From positions 4,960,001-5,024,000 of the forward strand of contig OY762428.1 of assembly GCA_963665665.1 (NCBI GenBank): DNA of 64,000 bases, read 5' to 3'. Both the position numbers and the translations under genes were made by a program. This stretch comes from Candidatus Kapaibacterium sp. Lineage in GTDB: Bacteria > Bacteroidota > Ignavibacteria > Kapaibacteriales > UBA2268. The notes under the pieces are model-generated. The model did not search any database and was not told the DNA's origin. It worked only from the letters and a program-made list of their open reading frames with translations. The number at the start of each line of letters is the position of its first letter. Within the stretch, counting starts at the first letter, position 1. Below, in pieces: positions 52,450 through 61,691 of the stretch.

Positions 52450-52683
52450 ATGGAAGTATTAATAGCAATTTTATGGTACCTGCAGATATTCTTCGTAGAC
52501 GTAAGCTACACAACACATGAAGTTGACAACATGATAATCGATAATCAGGATGCAATCGAAGCAGTACATTCCGATAATAATCTTACTAACCAGATAGTAA
52601 ATGACTACAACACAAAATGTCCTGACGGCACAACAAACGTAGTGGAAACCTGGGAAGAAGAACCGGAACCGATTCTTGACTAA
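52450..52683 (+). CDS. 77-aa peptide, copy 1 (hydrophobic N-terminus, acidic WEEEPEPILD C-terminus)
   Basis: GGAG RBS; frame conserved across all copies with mostly synonymous variation. Confidence 0.9.
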   Translation: MEVLIAILWYLQIFFVDVSYTTHEVDNMIIDNQDAIEAVHSDNNLTNQIVNDYNTKCPDGTTNVVETWEEEPEPILD

Positions 52684-52735
52684 TAACAACAACTTATTTA
52701 ATAAAAGAAATTAACAAACTAAGAAAGGCAAAACA

Positions 52736-52969
52736 ATGGAAGTATTAATAGCAATTTTATGGTACCTGCAGATATTCTTTGTGGACGTAACCTACACAAC
52801 ACATGAAGTTGACGACATGATAATTGATAATCAGGATGCAATCGAAGCAATACATTCCGATAATAATCTTACTAACCAGATAGTAAATGACTACAACACA
52901 AAATGTCCTGACGGCACAACAAACGTAGTAGAAACCTGGGAAGAAGAACCGGAACCGATTCTCGACTAA
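52736..52969 (+). CDS. 77-aa peptide, copy 2 (S19T, N27D, V39I)
   Basis: Tandem paralog of copy 1. Confidence 0.9.
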   Translation: MEVLIAILWYLQIFFVDVTYTTHEVDDMIIDNQDAIEAIHSDNNLTNQIVNDYNTKCPDGTTNVVETWEEEPEPILD

Positions 52970-53021
52970 TGACAATAACTTATTTAATAAAAGAAATTAA
53001 CAAACTAAGAAAGGCAAAACA

Positions 53022-53255
53022 ATGGAAGTATTAATAGCAATTTTATGGTACCTGCAGATATTCTTTGTGGACGTAACCTACACAACACAAGAAGTTGACA
53101 ACATGATAATTGATAATCAGGATGCAATCGAAGCTGTACATTCCGATAATAATCTTACTAACCAGATAGTAAATGACTACAACACAAAATGTCCTGACGG
53201 CACAACAAACGTAGTGGAAACCTGGGAAGAAGAACCGGAACCGATTCTTGACTAA
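53022..53255 (+). CDS. 77-aa peptide, copy 3 (S19T, H23Q)
   Basis: Tandem paralog of copy 1. Confidence 0.9.
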   Translation: MEVLIAILWYLQIFFVDVTYTTQEVDNMIIDNQDAIEAVHSDNNLTNQIVNDYNTKCPDGTTNVVETWEEEPEPILD

Positions 53256-53307
53256 TAACAACAACTTATTTAATAAAAGAAATTAACAAACTAAGAAAGG
53301 CAAAACA

Positions 53308-53541
53308 ATGGAAGTATTAATAGCAATTTTATGGTACCTGCAGATATTCTTCGTAGACGTAAGCTACACAACACATGAAGTTGACAACATGATAATCGAT
53401 AATCAGGATGCAATCGAAGCAGTACATTCCGATAATAATCTTACTAACCAGATAGTAAATGACTACAACACAAAATGTCCTGACGGCACAACAAACGTAG
53501 TGGAAACCTGGGAAGAAGAACCGGAACCGATTCTTGACTAA
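53308..53541 (+). CDS. 77-aa peptide, copy 4 (protein identical to copy 1)
   Basis: Tandem paralog of copy 1. Confidence 0.9.
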   Translation: MEVLIAILWYLQIFFVDVSYTTHEVDNMIIDNQDAIEAVHSDNNLTNQIVNDYNTKCPDGTTNVVETWEEEPEPILD

Positions 53542-53593
53542 TAACAACAACTTATTTAATAAAAGAAATTAACAAACTAAGAAAGGCAAAACA

Positions 53594-53827
53594 ATGGAAG
53601 TATTAATAGCAATTTTATGGTACCTGCAGATATTCTTTGTGGACGTAAGCTACACAACACATGAAGTTGACAACATGATAATCGATAATCAGGATGCAAT
53701 CGAAGCGGTACATTCCGATAATAATCTTACTAACCAGATAGTAAATGACTACAACACAAAATGTCCTGACGGCACAACAAACGTAGTGGAAACCTGGGAA
53801 GAAGAACCGGAACCGATTCTTGACTAA
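53594..53827 (+). CDS. 77-aa peptide, copy 5 (protein identical, synonymous changes only)
   Basis: Tandem paralog of copy 1. Confidence 0.9.
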   Translation: MEVLIAILWYLQIFFVDVSYTTHEVDNMIIDNQDAIEAVHSDNNLTNQIVNDYNTKCPDGTTNVVETWEEEPEPILD

Positions 53828-53879
53828 TAACAACAACTTATTTAATAAAAGAAATTAACAAACTAAGAAAGGCAAAACA

Positions 53880-54113
53880 ATGGAAGTATTAATAGCAATT
53901 TTATGGTACCTGCAGATATTCTTTGTGGACGTAAGCTACACAACACATGAAGTTGACAACATGATAATTGATAATAAGGACGCAATCGAAGCAGTACATT
54001 CCGATAATAATCTTACTAACCAGATAGTAAATGACTACAACACAAAATGTCCTGACGGCACAACAAACGTAGTGGAAACCTGGGAAGAAGAACCGGAACC
54101 GATTCTTGACTAA
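53880..54113 (+). CDS. 77-aa peptide, copy 6 (Q33K)
   Basis: Tandem paralog of copy 1. Confidence 0.9.
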   Translation: MEVLIAILWYLQIFFVDVSYTTHEVDNMIIDNKDAIEAVHSDNNLTNQIVNDYNTKCPDGTTNVVETWEEEPEPILD

Positions 54114-54163
54114 TGAATAAGATGAAAAATAATTTGAAAATCAATAAAATAAAGGATTAAATC

Positions 54164-54379
54164 ATGGCTTTTATTATTGCAATAATCTGGTATGTAATGT
54201 CTCTATTTACGATACAGGAAAATACAACAAGCGAAATCGATAGCATTATTGACTCTGATAATATTTCAAACAAAGTTGATAATCAGAAAACTGAGATGAT
54301 CAATGTCAAGTCTGACAAAAATCAGATCAAACTGAATCCTGAAGTTTGGGAAGAAGAACCGGAGCCGATGATTGACTGA
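54164..54379 (+). CDS. 71-aa divergent paralog of the array peptide
   Basis: AAGGA RBS; shares IAI.WY, TT.E(V/I)D and WEEEPEP..D with the 77-aa peptides. Confidence 0.88.
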   Translation: MAFIIAIIWYVMSLFTIQENTTSEIDSIIDSDNISNKVDNQKTEMINVKSDKNQIKLNPEVWEEEPEPMID

Positions 54380-54386
54380 TAGATGA

Positions 54387-57300
54387 TCAATCTTTAACAT
54401 AAGGCTTTAAAAATTCTCTGATTGCTTTCATTTTGAATGATTCAGCAGGTTTTCTTAGCATATTGGCGAAATCTTTTAATTCAGGAGATGTATCCGGAAT
54501 TTTATCTAATTTATCTAATAGTGTTTTAATATCGCCGACCAAAGCCAGTTGGAATAGCTCTCTGGCAATTTCCGGAGGAGGCCCGATTATATCTCGTGAA
54601 AATTTTGTGTTTTCAAATTGTTCCTTAAAATCATTTTTCTTATTCCACTTAATTTTTAGCAATCTGGCAATTGTTATCATTACTTCCCTGGTGTCAAAAG
54701 GCTTGGCAATAAAACCATTGCATCCGGCTTTCATGCACTCCTGTTTTGTTTCTTCGAAAGCACTTGCGCTAAGGGCAACAATTGGAAGTTTTTTGTATTC
54801 TGATAATTTTCTTATTTCAACTGTTGTCTCAATTCCACTTTTACCGGGCATAATAATATCCATTAGCACCAGATCAGGCTTTTCTGAATCGATGATGCCA
54901 ATAGTTTCGAAACCATCATTAGCTTCTATTACCTGAAAACCAATAGGCTCAAGCAATTTTTTGATAATAAATCTGTTTTCCCATTTATCATCTACAACCA
55001 GTATTTTAATTTTCTTTCCTGAATAACCCACAATCATTTCAGGCTGAATAATTTCCTTTTCTTCTGAATGGTCAATTAATCCGGCGTTTATCGTAAAGTA
55101 GAAGTAGCTACCCTTGCCGGGTGCACTTTTTACTTTCAGATTTCCACCCATAAGATCAACAATTTTATTGCTAATAGATAGTCCGAGCCCTGTACCGTCG
55201 GTATGATTGGTTTTGCTGCCTACCTGACTGAAAGGTTTGAAAATATGTTTTACTTCATTTTCATCTATGCCTATACCAGTATCGGAAACGGAAAATCTTA
55301 TTCTGATTTTTGAATTATAATTTCTTTCAATATCTGTTGATAGTGTAATATTTCCGGAGTTAGTAAATTTAACAGCATTCCCGAGAAGGTTCAGTATTAC
55401 CTGTCGTAATCTTTTTTCATCAGCAAGAATTCTATAATCATCTTTTGGGAAATTACAAATAAAATCAAGTTGCTTTTCTTCTGATCTGACCTTAATAATT
55501 TCAGATATCTTCCTGAGAAACTCCATCAGGGAAAATTCAGATGGAATGATATCCAATTTTCCGGCTTCAATTTTTGAAAGGTCCAGAATATCGTTGATCA
55601 GTAAGAGCAGGTGTCTTCCACTATTTTCAATTATTTCAACCCCTTTTTTCTGAGCCGGCAATAAGTTCCGGTCTTTTTCCAGTATCTGTGCGTACCCGAG
55701 AATCCCGTTCAAAGGTGTTCTTAGTTCATGGCTCATATTTGCCAGGAATTCACTTTTCGCTCTGTTTGCTGTTTCGGCAGCTTCTTTTGCTATCAGAAGG
55801 TCATTTTCATATCTTTGCCGTTCAAGTTCAGCTCCAATTCTTGTTGCAAATATTTTCAGAAGTGTTTCACTCCACGACAATTTTTGCATTGGTTTTATAT
55901 CCATTATATATACATGCCCTATTGGATTCCCTGATGTATCGAATATCGGAAGCCCCCAGTAACTTTCAATTTGATTTTTTTCAAGAAATTTATCATCCGG
56001 GAATATTTTGGATAAATTTTCCCTTACAAGATGCATTTGCTTCCCGAAGACTTTTTCGCAAGGGGTGTTCGTTATGTCGTACTCATTTTTCCGGCTGAAC
56101 TCTGATCCTTTCCAAAGAGCTTTAATACTCATTATTGGCAACCCTTTTTCAGATTTTTCGGATATGCCTGCATATTGCACTCCGAGAGTTGATGCCAGAT
56201 ATTTTACTATCTCCTTCAGGTATTCATTGGATCTGACTTTAGCTGTTCCCTGGAAAATTTTTCTGAAGGCTTGTTCTTCTAATTTCCTGTTGTGTATGTC
56301 ACGGCAGGTTCCGATCATTCTGGTCGGACGGTTCCTTTTATTTCTTTCAACTATCTTTCCCCTGTCGTGTACCCAGATATAGGATCCGTCGCTTTTTTTA
56401 AGCCTGTATTCCACCGAGTAGGTATCTGTATTTTCATTTATGGATTTGAATAATTGAGAGATTGTCCGGCGGTAATCATCAGGATGCAAAAGTTCCTGCC
56501 ATTTTTTAATATTGAATTTAAAACTATTTGGCTCGTAGTCAAGCATTTTGAAATAATTATCGCTGATCAGTGCTTCGTTATTGATTATATCGAAATCATA
56601 AAGGCCGTCTTTGGTAGCTTCCAGGGAATGATGAAGCCTGTTTTGGCTAATTCTAAGCTGTTCTTCAATATTTTTTCTTTCCCTGATCTCGTCTCTGAGT
56701 TTTTTATTTGTTTCAAGCAATTCAGATGTTCTTTCACGAACTTTAATTTCGAGTAGTTCATGAGATTTTTTCAGGTTTCTCTCGTCTCTTTTACGCCTGG
56801 TTATATCTCTGATAATGATTTGTTGAGAATTCTTTCCCTTGTAATTGAACGGAATACCCGAAATTTCAACTTCAATTACTTTGCCGTTCAATCGGATTAT
56901 TTTCTGTTCGGTAAATGGCTCAACAAGTCCGTGAATCAATATCTGGCTTCCGCGTCTTTTGAATTCGTCCTGATATTCTGGATGGATGAAACCAATTATC
57001 GACAAACCAATAATCTCATCAGCCGAATCAGCTCCGAGCAAACTGACTCCGGATGGATTAATAAAATCAATAATATTATTTGTATGAATAATTATTGTAT
57101 CCGGGGATACTTCCACGAGTTTTCTGTATCTTTCCTCGCTAAGTGCAAGTTCCCGCTCTGTTTTTTTTCTAATTGAAATTTCCTGCTTCATATCGTCGTA
57201 AAGCCTGGCATTTTCGAGTGATATGGAAAGCTGGGAACTAAGAATATCAATAAGCTCTAATTTTTCGGGAGTAAAAACATCAAAATCTTTATCATTTTCC

Positions 57301-57728
57301 AGATACAATATTCCGGATACATCCTGTTTTGGTATCAGGGGGATAGAAATAAACGACAAGATACCGGAATCCCGCAGAAAACTATCGATTGAATACTGGC
57401 CGTTTTCAAAAATATTATTTATCACTATTTTGTCCTTTTTATTGAAAGTATCTTCAATAACTTCAGAACTTAGTATATGGTTTTCGTGAATAGGGATGGC
57501 CTGGGTAACCTTGATGCTTTTGCCGATTTTTGTTCCAAGGATCTCTACTCCGAGCCCGGATGGCCTTTTTAGCAGAATAAAACCCCGGGTAATATTAATA
57601 TTTTCCATTATCAGGGACATCAGTTTTACCATTAGCCGGCTCAGGTCAATTTCACCGGAAATTGCCTGAGTAAAATTTATTATGGTTCTTAATTCAAGAT
57701 TGTCAGATTTTTTTATATCAGGATTCAT
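54387..57728 (-). CDS. Cytoplasmic hybrid histidine kinase (GAF, PAS, PAS, GAF, HisKA, HATPase, REC)
   Basis: GILYLEND...ISLENARLY; PAS/PAC motifs; AKSEFLANMSHELRTPLNG; DTGIG, GTGLGL; ILVVDD...DIIMP. Confidence 0.95.
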   Translation of the reverse strand: MNPDIKKSDNLELRTIINFTQAISGEIDLSRLMVKLMSLIMENINITRGFILLKRPSGLGVEILGTKIGKSIKVTQAIPIHENHILSSEVIEDTFNKKDKIVINNIFENGQYSIDSFLRDSGILSFISIPLIPKQDVSGILYLENDKDFDVFTPEKLELIDILSSQLSISLENARLYDDMKQEISIRKKTERELALSEERYRKLVEVSPDTIIIHTNNIIDFINPSGVSLLGADSADEIIGLSIIGFIHPEYQDEFKRRGSQILIHGLVEPFTEQKIIRLNGKVIEVEISGIPFNYKGKNSQQIIIRDITRRKRDERNLKKSHELLEIKVRERTSELLETNKKLRDEIRERKNIEEQLRISQNRLHHSLEATKDGLYDFDIINNEALISDNYFKMLDYEPNSFKFNIKKWQELLHPDDYRRTISQLFKSINENTDTYSVEYRLKKSDGSYIWVHDRGKIVERNKRNRPTRMIGTCRDIHNRKLEEQAFRKIFQGTAKVRSNEYLKEIVKYLASTLGVQYAGISEKSEKGLPIMSIKALWKGSEFSRKNEYDITNTPCEKVFGKQMHLVRENLSKIFPDDKFLEKNQIESYWGLPIFDTSGNPIGHVYIMDIKPMQKLSWSETLLKIFATRIGAELERQRYENDLLIAKEAAETANRAKSEFLANMSHELRTPLNGILGYAQILEKDRNLLPAQKKGVEIIENSGRHLLLLINDILDLSKIEAGKLDIIPSEFSLMEFLRKISEIIKVRSEEKQLDFICNFPKDDYRILADEKRLRQVILNLLGNAVKFTNSGNITLSTDIERNYNSKIRIRFSVSDTGIGIDENEVKHIFKPFSQVGSKTNHTDGTGLGLSISNKIVDLMGGNLKVKSAPGKGSYFYFTINAGLIDHSEEKEIIQPEMIVGYSGKKIKILVVDDKWENRFIIKKLLEPIGFQVIEANDGFETIGIIDSEKPDLVLMDIIMPGKSGIETTVEIRKLSEYKKLPIVALSASAFEETKQECMKAGCNGFIAKPFDTREVMITIARLLKIKWNKKNDFKEQFENTKFSRDIIGPPPEIARELFQLALVGDIKTLLDKLDKIPDTSPELKDFANMLRKPAESFKMKAIREFLKPYVKD

Positions 57729-57817
57729 TGGTAATATAAGGTATATAATATAAAAATTACGCTATGATAATAAATTAAAATATTTGAGTGAAATAACAAA
57801 ACCGGTGAGTAAAAATA

Positions 57818-58132
57818 TCAACTGATAAGAAGCTTTTCTATTCTGTCAACTATATCTTTTTTGTCAATAATACCAATAAACCTTTGAATTTCTATTCCGT
57901 CATGGAAGATAACAACTGTTGGAAGATATTTAATATCCAGATTGTTTATCAACAATTCATTGCCTTCGATATTTACAGACTTCTTTATTACAAGTCCATG
58001 GTATTCAAATTCAATTTCATCTAATATCGGTTTATTAATATGACACGGCCCGCACCAATCGGCTGCAAATTCCACAAGGCAGGGAATTTTTGATTGCAAA
58101 ATGCTTGTCCATATTAAGTTGTTATTTTCCAT
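57818..58132 (-). CDS. Thioredoxin-family protein
   Basis: LVEFAADWCGPC active site and IKYLPT cis-Pro loop. Confidence 0.9.
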   Translation of the reverse strand: MENNNLIWTSILQSKIPCLVEFAADWCGPCHINKPILDEIEFEYHGLVIKKSVNIEGNELLINNLDIKYLPTVVIFHDGIEIQRFIGIIDKKDIVDRIEKLLIS

Positions 58133-58677
58133 GTAAAAGATTCACCAAGTATCAGAACCGTCCGGATATTTTTCCTTTAGTTTTTCAATTGCCGTGCCAG
58201 ATAAAACTGTTAAATACCTTTATGTTCTAAACGATTATCGTAAAGAATAATTACAGATAATCAGATTCAGCATGATTTCATCATTGGTATTCATGCTGAA
58301 TCGGTATAGCGTAGATTTCCGTTGATAATCGTGGGAATATCCGAACTCCTGATGTTTTAAAATAATCAGCGAGTAAGAAGAACAATAGCGTAAAACATAA
58401 ATATCGAATATATCAACAATGATATATGATAGTAGAATGAAATGCTCCCTATTGCTTAGACAAATAAAAGTATAGTTTATGGTGTTTATTAATCTATACT
58501 TCTTCTCTAATAAAATAAGAAAAAAATATGTAATAATATTAATTTTTCTTTTTTTTGCTACTTTTTTTTCTTTTTGTTAACAACCTGGAAATTGTGGATA
58601 ACTTTCACTCTCCTTTCTATTTCTTTTTTTATCAATTGCTTACCGGATTACATTTTTTCACTTTTCCAACAAAGTTT

Positions 58678-59523
58678 TCAATTAACGAACCGCTGTTCGT
58701 TCATATATTTTTCAGCCGGAATCTGGTATTCAATTCCTGCGTGCGGCCTCGTGTTGTTATACCAATCGACATAAGCCTTTATACCGCCATAGAGCTCTTT
58801 TCCGTCTTCGTAAGACTTCAGATACAGGTCTTCGTATTTAAAGCTCCGCCAGAAGCGTTCTATGTAAACATTGTCCAAGGCGCGGCCCTTGCCGTCCATG
58901 CTTACCTTAACATCAGCATCCAGAATCGTTTTCACAAAATCATTGCTCGTGAACTGACTGCCCTGATCCGTGTTTGTTATTTCCGGTTTCCTGGTTTTCA
59001 AAGACCTTTTTATTGTATCTATGCAGAACTCCTTCTCAAGGTTATTCGATAATTCCCAGTCGACGATATACCTGCTATAAACATCTATAATTGCTATAAG
59101 ATACATAAATCCTTTACGCATCGGAATATATGTTATATCCAGGCTCCAAACCTGATCCGGACGACTTATTTTCATATCCCTCAACAGGTATGGATAAATT
59201 TTGTGCTCCTTGTTCGGTTTGCTCGTGTCCGGTTGGGGATATATTGCCCGAAGTCCCAATAATTTCATTAATCGCCTGATTCGTTTATAGTTAACATGGT
59301 ATCCCAAAGAACGTAAGTGTGCTGTCATTTTTCTGGCTCCATAAAATGGAGTAATCGCGAATTGTTCTTTGATCAGCTTCATATATAGAATATTTGCTTC
59401 ACTTTCACCCTTGGGTTTGTAATAATAACAGCTCCTGCTAATACCCAAAAGCTCGCACTGCCGGCTTATGCTAATTTCTTTATTATCAGCATCTACCATC
59501 TTCCTGCGTTCTTCTTTACTCAC
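58678..59523 (-). CDS. IS3-family transposase OrfB
   Basis: Same protein as 16818-17663 except KTRKPE. Confidence 0.95.
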   Translation of the reverse strand: MSKEERRKMVDADNKEISISRQCELLGISRSCYYYKPKGESEANILYMKLIKEQFAITPFYGARKMTAHLRSLGYHVNYKRIRRLMKLLGLRAIYPQPDTSKPNKEHKIYPYLLRDMKISRPDQVWSLDITYIPMRKGFMYLIAIIDVYSRYIVDWELSNNLEKEFCIDTIKRSLKTRKPEITNTDQGSQFTSNDFVKTILDADVKVSMDGKGRALDNVYIERFWRSFKYEDLYLKSYEDGKELYGGIKAYVDWYNNTRPHAGIEYQIPAEKYMNEQRFVN

Positions 59524-59803
59524 GGCCCAATTTTTTTTTTAACCAGTCTAATTCAATTTTTAGCCGGCCTATTTCTTCATATAATACTGATTCGTCTTTT
59601 TCTTTTTTATTCTTCCCTGGCCCACGCTTGTTTTCAAATACTTCCTTTTCACTTTCTTTTAAATGCTTTTTCCACATGCTTATCTGGTTTGGATGAACCC
59701 CGTACTCCGATGCCAGCTCGGTTATTGTTTTTCTCTCTTGGACTGCCTCCAGGGCTACCTGCATTTTGAATTTTGAACTGTAATTTCTTCGTTTGTTTGC
59801 CAT
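59516..59803 (-). CDS. IS3-family transposase OrfA
   Basis: Identical protein to 16538-16825. Confidence 0.95.
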   Translation of the reverse strand: MANKRRNYSSKFKMQVALEAVQERKTITELASEYGVHPNQISMWKKHLKESEKEVFENKRGPGKNKKEKDESVLYEEIGRLKIELDWLKKKLGRE

Positions 59804-59902
59804 TTGATGCTCCTTTTGATTTTTTGCAAGTTAAGATTATTTCACCTTAAATCGCTGTTTTTTTTAAAGGAAGCCGTTCAGAATATCAGATTAAATATAT
59901 AT

Positions 59903-60020
59903 CCCTCCTTCCCAAGTTGCACTTGGGAAGGTCAATTTCTTGTAAAGTTATACTTTGGAATTATGAAGCACAGCTTCAATTGAAAATTGCATTACGAAGT
60001 GCAACTTCGTAATGAGGGGG
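59903..60020. repeat. REP-like palindrome cluster
   Basis: CTTCCCAAG-TTGCA-CTTGGGAAG, AAAG-TTATA-CTTT and TTACGAAG-TGCAA-CTTCGTAA hairpins with related loops. Confidence 0.65.
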
Positions 60021-60039
60021 GCAGAAAGTGGCCGAAGCA

Positions 60040-61330
60040 AAGTACCGAAGGTTTAAACTATTGCCGCCCTGTTCTTCTTCAAAGCCCTTCCCTTCGGGGG
60101 AGGGTTTGGGAGGGGTCAGAGGTATTGAGGTCTTGTTTGCACCTATTGCAGCAATGTTTAATTATAATGAACTCTTGGTCGAAGCAATTGCTGCCTTGTT
60201 CGAAGCTATTGAACCGATGTTCTAAGCCATTGCTGCCTTGGTCTAAGTTATTGCTGCCTTGGTCTAAGTTATTGCTGCCTTGGTCTAAGTTATTGCACTT
60301 ATGTTCTAAGCCATTGTTGCCTTGGTCGAAGTTATTGACCCCTTGGTCGAAGTCATTGATGCCTTGGTCGGAGTCATTGATGCCTTGTTCCAAATCGATG
60401 CACCGATGTTCTAAGTCATTGCTGCCTTGTTTTACTTCAAAGCCCTCTCCTTCGGGGAGGGTTTGGGAGGGGTCGAAGTTATTACACCGATGTTTTATTC
60501 AATTGCTGCCTTGTTCGAAGCTATTGCACCGATGTTTTATTCAATTGCTGTCTTGTTTCGAGGTAATGATTGCTTGTGTAGCGTTGAAATCCGAAATATT
60601 TAACGGATTGTATTATTTACAATACCTGAATAATAAAATATATCATAAGAATTAGTAAATATTTAAGTATTTGTAGTAAATATATTTATAGAATAATTAA
60701 ATAATCATATAGATTTACAATATTAATAATATAACTAATCAAATAAATAATTTATACAAGACATTAATCACTAAATAGTATTATTTATTATTCTATTTTT
60801 ATAAAATTAATTATGTATCCAAGTATATATTTAATTGTCCTAACAAATTAGCCATACTTATTAATTAATAGGTTAGAATTGATATTTAATAATTCATAAA
60901 ACGAAATTAATAAATTATACTGATAATTTAATTATATGTATAAAATATTTAGTTATTTATATAAAAAGTTTTGTTAGATAAACTATATCAAGGCTTGGAT
61001 ATATGATATATATTATTATAAATACTATATATTTAATATAAATAGTATAATATTTAATATTATAGATTAAATATTTAATTATAAGTTCCATCTATAGACT
61101 ATTCTCATCTCTACCTTCAGGATTTCAATGCCAAACAAGTGAGCAATGAAGCGGAAAAAGCAAGCAATGAGGCGGAACAAGCATACAGTAAGGCGAAACA
61201 AGACTTCAATGAAGCGGAACAAGACATCAGTAAGGCGAAATTTCATTACATTAAGGCGGGACAAGCAAGCAATAAGGCAGGACAAGGCAGTATTAAGCCC
61301 TGCAAACAAAGCGATTAGCCCCAACATCAG
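60040..61330. repeat. Dispersed element type 2, copy B (inverted)
   Basis: Two CTTCAAAGCCC...GGGAGGGTTTGGGAGGGGTC units within a 21-bp array (GTTATTGCTGCCTTGGTCTAA), an AT-rich core at about 60600-61100, then 21-bp AAGCAAGCAATGAGGCGGAAC repeats. Confidence 0.85.
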
Positions 61331-61467
61331 GGTTTTGATTAAAAACAGCATTGAAACAAGGAAATTATCCGGTTCATTGAAACCACAGGATAGGGAATTA
61401 AGGCCGGCGGCCTGTTCATTGGGGTGGAAGAACGGGGGGTAAGAGCCGGAGAAGGAGGTGTTATGTT

Positions 61468-61557
61468 GTCATTCTGACGGAGCTTGCGACTGAAGAATCC
61501 ATCTTCCTTTGCAGATTAGGTATTAAGAATGGATTCTTCTCTGGCGCTCAGAATGAC
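61468..61557. repeat. REP-like inverted-repeat element
   Basis: GTCATTCTGA...GAAGAATCCAT...ATGGATTCTTC...TCAGAATGAC nested inverted repeats. Confidence 0.7.
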
Positions 61558-61631
61558 CTTCCAGCCTTATAATCGTCAAATTCAATAGACAGGTGCTCTA
61601 TCTCGTGGATAAATGTGCAAGGTGCGAAGGC

Positions 61632-61671
61632 AAAAAAAAACTCACCCGACAAAGAAATTATCGGATGAGTA
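61632..61671 (-). terminator. Terminator after the OmpA-family gene
   Basis: A9 then ACTCACCCGA...TCGGATGAGT stem. Confidence 0.65.
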
Positions 61672-61691
61672 ATTTATTTATGTTTAAGAGT

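Larger units (their letters stand above)
52450..54113 (+). repeat. Tandem array of six 286-bp gene units
   Basis: ATGs at 52450, 52736, 53022, 53308, 53594 and 53880, with a conserved 52-nt spacer containing AAGAAAGG. Confidence 0.98.
58438..59880 (-). mobile_element. IS3-family insertion sequence, copy 2 (1443 bp)
   Basis: Inverted, near-identical to copy 1 (one S/R change in OrfB); 3-bp target duplication GAA. Confidence 0.95.

Noticed and set aside
52471-53836. Antisense 72-73-aa Cys-rich ORFs in the array
   Set aside because: Shadow frames; variation is synonymous in the plus-strand frame, and RBS motifs and the seventh paralog support the plus strand.
52450-54113. Peptide array as an assembly artefact or CRISPR
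   Set aside because: Copies carry distinct, mostly synonymous variants and a diverged seventh paralog exists; units are whole genes with no repeat-spacer structure. Copies 1 and 4 look identical, so the exact count still needs long reads.
52450-54379. Assignment to a known RiPP class
   Set aside because: No radical SAM, YcaO, lanthipeptide, ATP-grasp, peptidase or transporter gene is adjacent, and there is no double-glycine leader; kept only as a possibility.
16461-59880. Composite transposon or inversion bounded by the two IS3 copies
   Set aside because: Each copy has its own matching target duplication (AAG and GAA), showing independent insertions; the interval contains housekeeping genes.
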